Positions 25,633 to 36,267 of a stretch of 64,000 nt of DNA are shown here, piece after piece; within the stretch, counting starts at the first letter, position 1; every line of letters starts with the position of its first letter. Under the pieces are notes generated by a model, which did no database searches, had not been told where the DNA came from, and saw only the letters and a program-made list of their open reading frames with translations. The DNA comes from an uncultured Collinsella sp. (lineage in GTDB: Bacteria; Actinomycetota; Coriobacteriia; Coriobacteriales; Coriobacteriaceae). The position numbers and the translations under genes were made by a program. The stretch spans positions 3,024-67,023 of the forward strand of contig CABRZC010000002.1 of the NCBI GenBank assembly GCA_902475375.1, read 5' to 3'.

Positions 25633-26571
25633 ATGACAGACATCGTCCACGTCGAAAACCTCGTCAAGCGCTATGACGACCTTATCGCGCTTGACCACTT
25701 TAACCTGAGCATCGCCCGCGGCGAGATCTTTGGCCTGCTGGGCCCCAACGGCTCGGGCAAGACCACGTCCATCAACTGCATTTTGCAGCTGCTCGCCTAC
25801 GACAAAGGCACCATCGAGCTGTTCGGCGAGCCCATGACGCCCGCCCGCTACGACCTCAAGCGCCGCATCGGCGTGGTGCCGCAGCAGGTGGCGGTATTCG
25901 ACGAGCTCACGGTGCGCGAGAACATCGACTATTTCTGTAGTCTCTACGTTAGCGATCGCAAGCGCCGCCGTGCGCTGGTGGACGAGGCGATCGACTTTGT
26001 TGGCCTGGGCGACTTTACCAAGTTCCGCCCCGGCAAGCTCTCGGGCGGCCTGGCGCGTCGCCTCAACATCGCCTGCGGTATCGCGCACAAGCCCGAGCTC
26101 ATCTTCTTTGACGAGCCCACGGTGGCGGTCGATCCGCAGAGCCGCAACGCCATCCTGGAGGGCATCTGCCGCCTGCGCGACGAGGGCGCCACGGTGGTGT
26201 ATACCAGCCATTACATGGAGGAAGTCGAGCAGATCTGCAGCCGCATCATGATCATGGACGGCGGCCGCGTGCTGGCGCAGGGCACCAACGACGAGCTCAA
26301 GCGCATGATTCAGATGGGCGAGCGCGTGACCGTCGAGGTCGGCGCCGTCGAGCCCGCCACGGTCGAGCGGCTGCGCGCTCTGGAGCACGTGCTTTCGGTT
26401 GAGCTGTCCGGCGGCGAGCTCGTCTGCACCTGCGAGGCGAGCCCGCATAATCTGGTGGACATCCTCGACACGCTGCGCGCCGCCGATGTGGCGCTCGGCC
26501 GCGTGTGGAGCGAACCTCCCACCCTCAATGACGTATTCCTCGAGATCACCGGCCGCGAGCTGCGCGACTAG
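25633..26571 (+). CDS. ABC transporter ATP-binding protein (ABC-2 type)
   Basis: Walker A GPNGSGKTT, signature LSGGLARR, Walker B LIFFDEP. ATG 25633 follows CAGGAGGG. Confidence 0.9.
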   Translation: MTDIVHVENLVKRYDDLIALDHFNLSIARGEIFGLLGPNGSGKTTSINCILQLLAYDKGTIELFGEPMTPARYDLKRRIGVVPQQVAVFDELTVRENIDYFCSLYVSDRKRRRALVDEAIDFVGLGDFTKFRPGKLSGGLARRLNIACGIAHKPELIFFDEPTVAVDPQSRNAILEGICRLRDEGATVVYTSHYMEEVEQICSRIMIMDGGRVLAQGTNDELKRMIQMGERVTVEVGAVEPATVERLRALEHVLSVELSGGELVCTCEASPHNLVDILDTLRAADVALGRVWSEPPTLNDVFLEITGRELRD

Positions 26572-26580
26572 GGGGTGGCC

Positions 26581-27768
26581 ATGTTCAACACCATCACCAC
26601 CACGCTCAAGACGCTATTGCGTCGACCGAGCACGTGGGTCTGGGGTGCTCTCTTTCCCATTGCGCTTTCCACGATGTTCATGTTTATGTTTGCGAATCTG
26701 AGCTCCGACGGCACGGTCGATCCGGTGCCGGTTGCCGTCGTGGCGGACGAGGCCTGGGACGCTTCGACCTTTAAGAGCGTGGCGACGTCGCTCGACGAGG
26801 AGGGCGACGATCAGCTGCTCGAGATCCACGAGTGCGACGACGCAGCCGCCGCGAACCGTGCGCTTAAGGCTGGCGAGGTCGCGGGCATCTATACGGTCGA
26901 CGATGCGGGCGCACCCAAGCTCACGCTGCTATCGAGCTACGACAGCTCGCGTGCCTCGTCGGTGCTCACCGACCGCAGCATTTTGGAGACGGTGGCAAGC
27001 TCGTATACGCAAAATACCGAGCTTATGCGCCAGATTGCCCAAGACAACCCGGCGGCGCTCGCCGACCCGGAGGCGGTTGCGCGCGCCCTGTCGCTCGAGG
27101 GCGGCACCCGTCGCGTGAGCCTGACACGCACCACGCCCGATGGCACGGTCATCTACTATTACGCGCTTTTTGGCCTGGTCGCGATGATGTCTGCCGAGTT
27201 TGCCGCCTTGAGCGTCGTCGATTTGCAACCCAATCTGTCTGGCCTCGGCGCGCGTCACTGCGTGGGCGGTCTTTCCAAGACGGCGTCGCTGGCTGGCATC
27301 TTTGTCGGCTCGTGGCTGGTCTCCTTTGCCTCGATGGCGATCGCGATCGGCTACGTGCGCCTAGTCGTGGGCATCGACTTTGGCGGGCGCGAGGGACTGT
27401 GTTTGGTGGGCGGCGCCGCTTCCGCGCTTGCCGCCACGGGCTTGGGACTCTTTGTGGGCACGCTTCCCGTTAAGGGCGGCAAGGCGTCCAAGTCGGGCAT
27501 CCTCACGGGCTTTGCCACCACGTGCGCCCTGTTCGCAGGCCTCTACGGCGAGCCGGCGATGGCGCTTGCCGACGACGTCGCTCGCGCCTGTCCGGCCGAG
27601 TGCTGGCTCAATCCCGTCAAGCTCATCTGCGACATGTTCAATCGCCTGTATTTCTTTGAGGACCTGGGCCCCTTTGCCGTTCGCGCCGGCGCGCTCGTCC
27701 TGATGGCGTTGCTGTTCGTTGCCGCCGCCACGCTGATCTTTGGAAGGAGCCGCTATGAGCACCTTTAA
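26581..27768 (+). CDS. ABC-2 family permease
   Basis: One N-terminal TM helix, a ~150-aa extracytoplasmic domain, then 5 C-terminal TM helices. It lies directly downstream of the ATPase gene. Confidence 0.7.
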   Translation: MFNTITTTLKTLLRRPSTWVWGALFPIALSTMFMFMFANLSSDGTVDPVPVAVVADEAWDASTFKSVATSLDEEGDDQLLEIHECDDAAAANRALKAGEVAGIYTVDDAGAPKLTLLSSYDSSRASSVLTDRSILETVASSYTQNTELMRQIAQDNPAALADPEAVARALSLEGGTRRVSLTRTTPDGTVIYYYALFGLVAMMSAEFAALSVVDLQPNLSGLGARHCVGGLSKTASLAGIFVGSWLVSFASMAIAIGYVRLVVGIDFGGREGLCLVGGAASALAATGLGLFVGTLPVKGGKASKSGILTGFATTCALFAGLYGEPAMALADDVARACPAECWLNPVKLICDMFNRLYFFEDLGPFAVRAGALVLMALLFVAAATLIFGRSRYEHL

Positions 27769-28960
27769 GACTGCGCTTCGCATGGCGCTCGCGCACCCGC
27801 TCTATCTGCTTATCTACACGGTGTTTATTTCGCTGTTGGGCGTGTTTATCGCGGCGTCGGTGAGCTGGAACTCGTCGCAGCTCACCGAGTACAAGCCCTA
27901 CGATGCCAATGTGATCGTGGTCGACCGCGACGACAGTGACCTTTCGCGCGCGCTTACCAAGCATCTGGGTTCGCGCTTTGAGCTGGTCACGGGCGTCGGT
28001 GACGACACGTACGACCTTGCGGATGCGCTCGCCAAGAGCAATAGCGCCAAGGGCAGCGCCGATTGCGTGTTCTTTATCCCGGAGGAGTTTGAGGACGACC
28101 TGATCGCGGCCGCCCGTGCGGGGGAGGCCCTGCCCAAACTCGACGTGACCTACGGCTCCGGCACCATGGCGGCGGCGCTTTCGTCTGCCGAGGCCTCGCG
28201 GTGGGTCTCGCTCGCGGGCGCTGCGGCGGCGCTTGAACCCGCTGCCTCCAACGGTGGCGTCGCAAGGGCCGCCGAGCACGCGGCCGCCAAGCGCGCGGAA
28301 GTCGAGATCGAGCAGGTCAAGGTCGACTCGACTGCCGCTGCCACGCTCGAGTCGTATTTCAACTTTGGTGCATACGCGATCATCTCGTCGGTCATCGTGT
28401 CGGTGGGACTGGTGTTCTCGGGCATGAACGAGCCCGAGCGCGTGCGCCGCATGGAGGCCGGCCCGGTCTCCGAGCGCCAGCGTTCGCTTGCCGTGTTCGC
28501 GGCCGCTGCCGTGCTCACCGTCTGCATTTGGCTCGTGTCGAGCATGATGGGCATCGTGGGCTTTGCCGGCGCGGTCGCCGAGGTCGGCGTGGGGCGTGTG
28601 TGCTTGGCACTGGCGGCGACGTTTGCCCTGGCGTGCACGCCGCTGGCCGTTGGCTTTGCGCTTTCGAGCCTGGGTGCGCGCGAGGAGCTGCTCAACGGTG
28701 TGGGTAACCTGCTTGGCATGCTCATGACGTTTTTGGGCGGCGCTTGGATGCCGCTGTCGCTGATGGGCCCGGCCGTGCAGACGGTGGCGCACTTTGTGCC
28801 GACATATTGGGTGAACGACGCGATCAGCAAGGCGCTTGCCTCGGATTTGACGTCTGCCATGCTGGGCGACATCGCCTGCGACCTGGGCGTAACGGCACTC
28901 TTTGCCGTGGCCATTGCCGCCGTAGGCCTAGCCCTCTCGAGCACCAAATCCCACGCCTAG
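27755..28960 (+). CDS. ABC-2 family permease (second subunit)
   Basis: Same topology as the previous gene. ATG 27755 follows GGAAGGAG and overlaps the upstream stop. Confidence 0.7.
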   Translation: MSTFKTALRMALAHPLYLLIYTVFISLLGVFIAASVSWNSSQLTEYKPYDANVIVVDRDDSDLSRALTKHLGSRFELVTGVGDDTYDLADALAKSNSAKGSADCVFFIPEEFEDDLIAAARAGEALPKLDVTYGSGTMAAALSSAEASRWVSLAGAAAALEPAASNGGVARAAEHAAAKRAEVEIEQVKVDSTAAATLESYFNFGAYAIISSVIVSVGLVFSGMNEPERVRRMEAGPVSERQRSLAVFAAAAVLTVCIWLVSSMMGIVGFAGAVAEVGVGRVCLALAATFALACTPLAVGFALSSLGAREELLNGVGNLLGMLMTFLGGAWMPLSLMGPAVQTVAHFVPTYWVNDAISKALASDLTSAMLGDIACDLGVTALFAVAIAAVGLALSSTKSHA

Positions 28961-28970
28961 CCACAACCCG

Positions 28971-29152
28971 TCACTTGGGGACGTTCCTTTTCTGCCGGCA
29001 GATAGGGACACTCCTTTCCGCCTAGTCATTGGGGACAGTCTTTGCCGATTCGCCGGCTCGCCGGCCGGGCTGGCAAGAGCTGTCCCTGGCGGCACTCATG
29101 GGGGACAGACTTAAATGAGTGAAATCGCTCATTTAAGTCTGTCCCCAATGAG
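28971..29152. repeat. GGGGAC-box composite repeat (copy 1, upstream of the MacB-type ABC operon)
   Basis: The 77-nt core at 29023-29099 matches 32651-32727 at about 69 of 77 positions. A perfect 19-bp hairpin follows: GGGGACAGACTTAAATGAG (29101-29119) pairs with CTCATTTAAGTCTGTCCCC (29128-29146). Confidence 0.85.
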
Positions 29153-29214
29153 TAGGTTGGAAAATAGTTCGCCCGGGTTTACTATTACCCTATTAAAGTA
29201 GCAACAGGCTAACA

Positions 29215-29940
<726 letters not shown>

Positions 29941-29948
29941 GCGGCGCC

Positions 29949-32615
29949 ATGACACCTCTCGCAAAACGTCTCCCGCGCGAGCTGCGTCGCAATATCGGCA
30001 AGTACCTGGGCATCTTTTTGCTTATGTGTGGAAGCATCGCCCTTACCTCGGGCTTTTTGCTCGCGGCCCACTCCATCGGCCACCTCATTGACGGCATGCG
30101 CGACGAGTACACGATTGAGGACGGCCGTGTGACCACCTCCTTCGAGGCTACCGACGATCAACTCAAGGCCGCCGAGGACGCGGCCGACGACGTCGGCGGC
30201 GTCACGCTCTACAAGAATTTCTCCATCGACGCCATCATCAAAAAGACCGCCGGCGACGATGGCACCAAACGCACGATGCGCACCTATGCGCATCGCACCA
30301 AGGCCGACATTGCGTCCTACTGCGAAGGCGAACAGCCCAAGACGGACGATGAGGTGGCAATCGACCGTGTCTTCGCCACCAACAACGACCTCGCCGTGGG
30401 CGATAAGGTTGAGCTTGAGGGCCGAACCTACACCATCTGCGGCATCATGACCCAGCCCGATAGCCAGGCGCTGTTCCTCAACAATTCAGACTTTACGGTG
30501 AACACCATCACGTACGGCGTGGCCGAGGTCACCGACGCCGGCTTTGCCGCGCTTGAGGACGCCGGTGGCGCACCCGCCTACACCTACTCCTTTACCTTTG
30601 CCGATCGCGATCTCTCCACTGCAGACCGCATCGACGCCGAGCAAGATATGGTCGAGGCGCTGACCGACGCCGATGCGCGCGTGGACGATCTTGTCGACGC
30701 CGATTCCAACCAGGGCATTGGCTATGCGCGCGACGACGTGGACGGCGACTCTATGATGTGGATGACGCTGCTCGACATCATCATCGTGATCATGGCGTTC
30801 GTCTTTGTGGTCCTTACCGACGCCACCATCGAGGAGGAGAGCGCCATCATCGGCACGCTGCTCGCCAGCGGCTATCGCCGCCGCGAGATCGTGCTGCACT
30901 ACCTGGCACTTCCCGTCATCGTGGGCGTGGTCGCGGCGCTTTTGGGCACTGCGCTCGGCGTTGTGTTCTTTACCGAGCCCATGCGCAGTCTCTACTACGG
31001 CTCGTACAGTCTGCCTCCCTTCCAGGTGTACTGGAGCTGGGAGATCTTTGTGAAGTGCGCCGTGGTTCCCGCCGCCGCGCTCATCCTCATCACGCTGGTG
31101 GGCCTGCTTCGCAAAATGGGCAAGACGCCGTTGCAATTCCTTCGTCACGAGGCGAGCGGCAGGTCGGGCACCAAACGCGGCCTGCAGCTGCCGGAGCGCA
31201 TGGATTTTGTTTCCCGCTTCCGCTTGCGTATCTTCCTGCGCAATCTGGGCAACTTTGCCACGCTCTTCGTGGGCATTGCATTTGCGTCGCTGCTGATGCT
31301 TTTTGGCCTGGCGATTTTGCCCACGATGACGCACTACGCCGACAACCTCGAGACAAGCCTGGTCGCCGAGCACCAGTACACGCTCAAGGCGCCGCTGGAG
31401 CTCGAGGGCACTGCCGAGGAGCGCGAGCAGTGGTCGGCACTCGAGCGCTTGCAATCGGTTGACGGCGCGCTGCTTTCCGCCGCCCAGGATGCAGATGACG
31501 AGCTCGATGACGCGTTCGATGCTGCACAGACGGCGACCGATGCCGCGACCGCATCTCCGTCTGCCGAGAGCCTGACCGCAGCGCAGGACGCGCTTGCCAA
31601 GGTTCAGGACAAGAAGGATGCGCTTTATGCGCGCCTCGATGACCTTGCCGATGCCCTCGGCTGCAACCGCGATGAGGCCATCGACCTGATCGACAAGGCC
31701 TCTAAGATTGACACTGACAACGACGATATCCACCCGGTCAATACGACCGACAACGGCGCGGGCGCAATCGCGCAGACCGAGAAATACGCCATTTACCAGC
31801 TGCAATACGACCGAGGCGATGGAAATGGCGAGGGGACGATTTCCGTCTACGGCATTTCATCCGATTCGCGCTATTGGAAAGACCTCAACGTCGGCGATGG
31901 GCGCGTCGTCTTTGGCGGCGGTCTGCTCGATAAGTTTGGCTGGAGCGAGGGTCAGAAGGTCATGCTCGGCGACAAGTACGAGGGCGAGCATTATTCCCTT
32001 GAGTACGCAGGCAAGGACTGTGCCTGGGGCTCCAAGTCGGACATGAATATCTATATGAGTATCGAAGACTTTAATGAGCTGTTCGACAACGATGCGTCCT
32101 ACTTTAACGGCTATGTGAGCGATGAGAAGCTCGACCTTGATTCGCGCTACTTTGCCGGCGACACCACACCCGACGACATGCGCGCCGTGGGCGACCAGTT
32201 CATCGGCATGATGAGCAAAATGATCGGCATGATGGTTGGGCTTGCGGTGTTCATCTTCCTGCTGTTTATGTACCTGCTGACCAAGGCTGTGATCGACCAC
32301 AGCGCCCGTTCGATTAGTTACATGAAGGTCTTTGGCTATCGCGATAGCGAGATCTCGCATCTGTACATCCGCTCGATCACGCTGTGCGTGGTGGCGTCGC
32401 TCGTGCTGAGCCTGCCGGTCATTATTGGCTCGCTCACGGCCATCTTCCGCTCGATGCTGCTCGCCTACAACGGCAATATCGAGATCTACGTACCCGCTTG
32501 GTCCATGGCTGCATGCGTCGGCATTGGCTTTGCGACCTACCTGGTCGTGGCACTGCTACACACGCGCTCTATCAAGCACGTCAGCCTAGCCGAGGCCCTC
32601 AAGGTGCAGGAGTAG
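29949..32615 (+). CDS. FtsX-family ABC permease with two FtsX modules and large extracytoplasmic domains
   Basis: About 888 aa. The N-terminus RELRRNIGKYLGIFLLM is typical of this family. There are two 4-TM blocks, and an acidic coiled region separates the halves. Confidence 0.8.
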   Translation: MTPLAKRLPRELRRNIGKYLGIFLLMCGSIALTSGFLLAAHSIGHLIDGMRDEYTIEDGRVTTSFEATDDQLKAAEDAADDVGGVTLYKNFSIDAIIKKTAGDDGTKRTMRTYAHRTKADIASYCEGEQPKTDDEVAIDRVFATNNDLAVGDKVELEGRTYTICGIMTQPDSQALFLNNSDFTVNTITYGVAEVTDAGFAALEDAGGAPAYTYSFTFADRDLSTADRIDAEQDMVEALTDADARVDDLVDADSNQGIGYARDDVDGDSMMWMTLLDIIIVIMAFVFVVLTDATIEEESAIIGTLLASGYRRREIVLHYLALPVIVGVVAALLGTALGVVFFTEPMRSLYYGSYSLPPFQVYWSWEIFVKCAVVPAAALILITLVGLLRKMGKTPLQFLRHEASGRSGTKRGLQLPERMDFVSRFRLRIFLRNLGNFATLFVGIAFASLLMLFGLAILPTMTHYADNLETSLVAEHQYTLKAPLELEGTAEEREQWSALERLQSVDGALLSAAQDADDELDDAFDAAQTATDAATASPSAESLTAAQDALAKVQDKKDALYARLDDLADALGCNRDEAIDLIDKASKIDTDNDDIHPVNTTDNGAGAIAQTEKYAIYQLQYDRGDGNGEGTISVYGISSDSRYWKDLNVGDGRVVFGGGLLDKFGWSEGQKVMLGDKYEGEHYSLEYAGKDCAWGSKSDMNIYMSIEDFNELFDNDASYFNGYVSDEKLDLDSRYFAGDTTPDDMRAVGDQFIGMMSKMIGMMVGLAVFIFLLFMYLLTKAVIDHSARSISYMKVFGYRDSEISHLYIRSITLCVVASLVLSLPVIIGSLTAIFRSMLLAYNGNIEIYVPAWSMAACVGIGFATYLVVALLHTRSIKHVSLAEALKVQE

Positions 32616-32623
32616 CCCCTTAT

Positions 32624-32782
32624 TAGTCGTTGGGGACGTTCTTAAACGACTAGTCATCGGGGACGGTCTTTGCCGATTCGCCGGCTCGCTGGCCGGGCTG
32701 GCGGGGACTGTCCCTGGCGGTACTCATTTAAGTCTGTCCCCAATGAGTGGTTTCAGTCATTTAAGTCTGTCCCCAACGACTA
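32624..32782. repeat. GGGGAC-box composite repeat (copy 2, downstream of the MacB-type ABC operon)
   Basis: A hairpin unit TAGTCGT-TGGGGACGTTCTTAA-ACGACTA sits at 32624-32652. The core at 32651-32727 matches copy 1. Two tandem copies of TCATTTAAGTCTGTCCCCAA follow. Confidence 0.85.
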
Positions 32783-32865
32783 GGTTTCGCGCTTGACTTC
32801 GACCCTACTTTAGCGGGTACCATCCTCTATGTCTGTAACGCCATATAGACCGAGGGGATATATCT

Positions 32866-34071
32866 ATGACCGCAACTGCACCCGCAGCACCCGCTAAGGT
32901 GTACTTCACCAACCCGCGCACGCATGCTCGCGAGAGCCAGCTCGACAAGCTCAAGCGCCTCATCCGTCACGCCGGTATTGAGCAGATCGACTTTGAGAAC
33001 AAGTTCGTCGCTATCAAGATTCACTTTGGCGAGCTGGGCAATCTGAGCTTTTTGCGCCCCAACTACGCTCGCGCCGTCGCGGATGTCGTGAAGGAGCTGG
33101 GCGGCAAGCCCTTCCTCACCGACTGCAACACGCTCTATGTGGGTAGCCGCAAAAACGCGCTCGAGCACATCGATACCGCGTATCAGAACGGCTTTACCCC
33201 GTATGCCACGGGTTGCCAGATCATCATCGCCGACGGCCTCAAGGGTACCGACGAGGCGCTCGTCCCGGTCGAGGGCGGCGAGTACGTGCGCGAGGCCAAG
33301 ATCGGTCAGGCTCTCATGGACGCCGATATCGTGATCAGCCTCACCCACTTTAAGGGCCATGAGCAGGCCGGTTTTGGCGGTGCCATGAAGAACCTGGGCA
33401 TGGGAGGCGGCAGCCGTGCCGGCAAGATGGAGCAGCATGCCGCCGGCAAGCCGAGCGTCGATACCACCAACTGCGTAGGTTGCCGTGCCTGCGAGAAGAT
33501 TTGCGCGCACGGCGCCATCACGTTTGACGGTACGCGTGAGCGCGAGCTTGCCAACGGCAACACCCGCACGGTTCACGTGGCTGCCATCGACCACGATCGC
33601 TGCGTGGGCTGCGGACGCTGCATTGCGGCGTGCAACCAGGACTGCATCAAGCCCGACTATGATGCCGCGGCCGACGTGCTCAACTGTAAGATCGCCGAGT
33701 ACACCAAGGCCGTCGTCGACGGCCGTCCGAGCTTCCACATCTCGCTCGCCATGGATATCAGCCCCAACTGCGATTGCCATCCCGAAAACGACACGCCTAT
33801 CGTCAACGACATCGGCATGTTCGCGAGCTTCGACCCGGTCGCCATCGACCAGGCCTGCGCCGATGCCGTCATGGCATCCGAGCCGCTGCCCAACACCGAG
33901 CTCACCGACAGCGCCGCCAAGATGGAGCATAACCACGAGCATCTGGAGGGCGAGCAGGCCAAGGATCCCTTCTGCATCACGCATCCCGACACCGACTGGC
34001 GCGCGTGCATCGCGCATGCCGAGAAGATCGGCCTAGGCACGAGCAAGTACGAGCTCATCGAGGTCAAATAG
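32866..34071 (+). CDS. DUF362 domain protein with inserted 2x[4Fe-4S] ferredoxin module
   Basis: The N-terminus (KVYF...FVAIKIHFGELGN...LTDCNTLY) is typical of DUF362. Two cysteine motifs are present: CVGCRACEKIC and CVGCGRCIAAC. Confidence 0.75.
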   Translation: MTATAPAAPAKVYFTNPRTHARESQLDKLKRLIRHAGIEQIDFENKFVAIKIHFGELGNLSFLRPNYARAVADVVKELGGKPFLTDCNTLYVGSRKNALEHIDTAYQNGFTPYATGCQIIIADGLKGTDEALVPVEGGEYVREAKIGQALMDADIVISLTHFKGHEQAGFGGAMKNLGMGGGSRAGKMEQHAAGKPSVDTTNCVGCRACEKICAHGAITFDGTRERELANGNTRTVHVAAIDHDRCVGCGRCIAACNQDCIKPDYDAAADVLNCKIAEYTKAVVDGRPSFHISLAMDISPNCDCHPENDTPIVNDIGMFASFDPVAIDQACADAVMASEPLPNTELTDSAAKMEHNHEHLEGEQAKDPFCITHPDTDWRACIAHAEKIGLGTSKYELIEVK

Positions 34072-34118
34072 CGCCTGACTATTGGACATATCAAGCGCTT
34101 TTGTAGCGCGACGTTAGC

Positions 34119-34157
34119 AAAAACCGCCCGTGAGCACAGTGCCCACGGGCGGTTTTT
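34119..34157. terminator. bidirectional rho-independent terminator
   Basis: AAAAACCGCCCGTG-11 nt-CACGGGCGGTTTTT forms a perfect 14-bp stem including the A/T tracts. It lies between convergent genes. Confidence 0.85.
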
Positions 34158-34281
34158 CGGAAGTATGCGGCAAATTTCGAGACCGCCGAGCACACGACGT
34201 TTTTTGGCGACAAAACCCCTGATAAATTGGTGGTAAAACTGCGGTCTGGTCGGCAGTTCCAGATTTTGCCGCATACTTCCG
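34158..34281. repeat. 124-bp element with 17-bp terminal inverted repeats
   Basis: CGGAAGTATGCGGCAAA (34158-34174) is the perfect reverse complement of 34265-34281. There is no ORF inside. Confidence 0.75.
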
Positions 34282-34322
34282 AAAATAGGGGGTCAGATAA
34301 AGCCCCAGACGTTGCTTTTTAC

Positions 34323-35288
34323 CTAAAAATACTCGTCGAGGAAATCGTTGACTGTGTTCCAGTAGAGCTCGGGGTCAACTTGCGCACTCTTGGCGTGGGT
34401 GGCGCCATGGATGGTGAGCTTTTGCTTGACCTTGCTGGCGCACGCGTCGTAGTTTTGGTCGAGCATGTCGTACGGCACAAAGGTGTCCTGGTCGCCGTGG
34501 ATAAACAGCATGGGAATCGTCGCGTGTTTGAGTTGCTCCACGCTGCTCGCCTTATGAAAGTCGTAGCCCGCGCGCACGTTGCACACCAAGTTTGCTACAT
34601 CGAGCAAGGGAAAGCTGGGCAGGCCGAACACGTCCTTGAGCTGCAGAGAAAACTCGTCCCAAACACTCGTATAACCACAGTCCTCGATAATGCATTTTAC
34701 GTTTGCGGGTAGAGATTCCCCCGCGACGTTCATGGCAGTTGCTGCACCCATCGACTCGCCAAAGACCAAGATGCGCGCCTCGGGGTCAGCCGCAACGATC
34801 CGCCCAATCCATGCAACGACATCGAGCCGCTCGGGCCAGCCCATGCCGATATAGTCGCCGCCGGAGCGCTCGTGGGCGCGGGCGGCAGGCGCGAGCACGT
34901 TCATGCCGCGGTCGTGGAAGCGCTTGGCGTATCGGGCCATGCCGATGGGCTCGTTGGTATATCCATGCAGGCAGACGGCGTAATCGTGGGTGTTCTCCGA
35001 GGCGGCAAAATACCAAGCGGCAAGTTCGGTTCCGTCATCTGCGGTGAGGCTGCTGCTCTTGCGGTTTTCTTTAAACCATGCCCGCGCCTCGGTGTCCTCG
35101 GCATCCGGCTGCTCACCGTCTTTGTCGTTCTTGCTATCCTGCATCATCTTCATGGTGTACGGCGCGCGGGGATTCAGCGCGAAGTCAAACAGAAAGTTGC
35201 CGGCAAATCCGAGCAGCGCAACGACAACCACCAGTGCAACGATGCCGGCTATCTTGAGCTTTCGATGGGAACGTGCGTTTTGAGCCAT
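34323..35288 (-). CDS. membrane-anchored alpha/beta hydrolase
   Basis: An N-terminal TM helix (IAGIVALVVVVALLGFAG), the nucleophile elbow GESMG, and a C-terminal HGDQD...H segment. Confidence 0.8.
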   Translation of the reverse strand: MAQNARSHRKLKIAGIVALVVVVALLGFAGNFLFDFALNPRAPYTMKMMQDSKNDKDGEQPDAEDTEARAWFKENRKSSSLTADDGTELAAWYFAASENTHDYAVCLHGYTNEPIGMARYAKRFHDRGMNVLAPAARAHERSGGDYIGMGWPERLDVVAWIGRIVAADPEARILVFGESMGAATAMNVAGESLPANVKCIIEDCGYTSVWDEFSLQLKDVFGLPSFPLLDVANLVCNVRAGYDFHKASSVEQLKHATIPMLFIHGDQDTFVPYDMLDQNYDACASKVKQKLTIHGATHAKSAQVDPELYWNTVNDFLDEYF

Positions 35289-35409
35289 GCGGTATTCTCC
35301 TATAAGATGTTAATACATCAACATTTAATGCAAGCGCATTATGGACGTTCGCCGTTGATGCGTCAACAAGCAAAGAATGGGTAAACAAAGGGTCACATAT
35401 GGTGCAAAT

Positions 35410-35439
35410 TTCGCACGTACCTAGACGCTTTGATATAGT
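35410..35439 (+). promoter_or_regulatory. candidate sigma-70-type promoter for the hemolysin III gene
   Basis: TTCGCA - 18 nt - TATAGT, about 35 nt upstream of ATG 35475. Pattern match only. Confidence 0.3.
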
Positions 35440-35474
35440 GTTGAGAACTCTTTACGTTGGAGGATGTAACCGGC

Positions 35475-36158
35475 ATGTCCGATTCGAGCGACAGTTCCAA
35501 GCCGCGACCCAAGACCGCGGCCGTTCCGCACTACACGGTGGGCGAGGAGATCATGAACTCCGTCACCCATGGTGTCGGCTGCCTGCTGGGTATCGCGGGC
35601 CTGGTGCTCCTGATCGTATTCGCTGCCCTGCGCGGCGGAGGCCCGGCCCACATGGCCGCGGCGATTGTCTATGGCGTCAGCATTATCCTCGAATACCTAG
35701 CCTCCACGCTCTACCACGCGATTCAGCCCGCGCGCGCCAAGCGCGTGTTTCGCATCATCGACCACAGCTGCATCTACCTGCTCATAGCCGGCAGCTATAC
35801 GCCGTTTTGCCTCATCACGCTCGCAAACGACGGCGGCGCCGTACTGTTCTTTGCCGTATGGGCCATCGCCATTATCGGCATCGCCCTCGAGTGCTTTATG
35901 CGCGAGCGTCAACCGCATTGGGTAAGTGGCTTGGTCTACCTGCTGATGGGCTGGCTCGTTGTCTTTAAGCTGCCCGAGCTCGTGTCGTTGCTCAGCCCCG
36001 TGGCACTTGCCCTGCTCGCCGTCGGCGGCGTGTGCTACACCGCGGGCGTGCCGTTCTATATCGCCAAAAACGTGCGCTATCTGCACAGCGTGTTTCACCT
36101 GTGGGTGCTTGCCGGCAGCATCTTTCAGTTCATGGCGGTGATCCTCTTCGTAATCTAG
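35475..36158 (+). CDS. hemolysin III / PAQR family membrane protein
   Basis: ATG 35475 follows GGAGGA. The family motifs are present (EEIMNSVTHGVG, DHSCIYLLIAGSYTP, HLWVLAGS) along with 7 TM helices. Confidence 0.85.
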   Translation: MSDSSDSSKPRPKTAAVPHYTVGEEIMNSVTHGVGCLLGIAGLVLLIVFAALRGGGPAHMAAAIVYGVSIILEYLASTLYHAIQPARAKRVFRIIDHSCIYLLIAGSYTPFCLITLANDGGAVLFFAVWAIAIIGIALECFMRERQPHWVSGLVYLLMGWLVVFKLPELVSLLSPVALALLAVGGVCYTAGVPFYIAKNVRYLHSVFHLWVLAGSIFQFMAVILFVI

Positions 36159-36267
36159 CGACCATGCCTGCGCGCCCGCGTCCTCGTTTGGGCGCCGGCG
36201 CAATTGCCGTATCCGTCATCAACGTTTTACCCTGACGCCCGAATCTTGGAGGTTCGAGAAACTCCCG

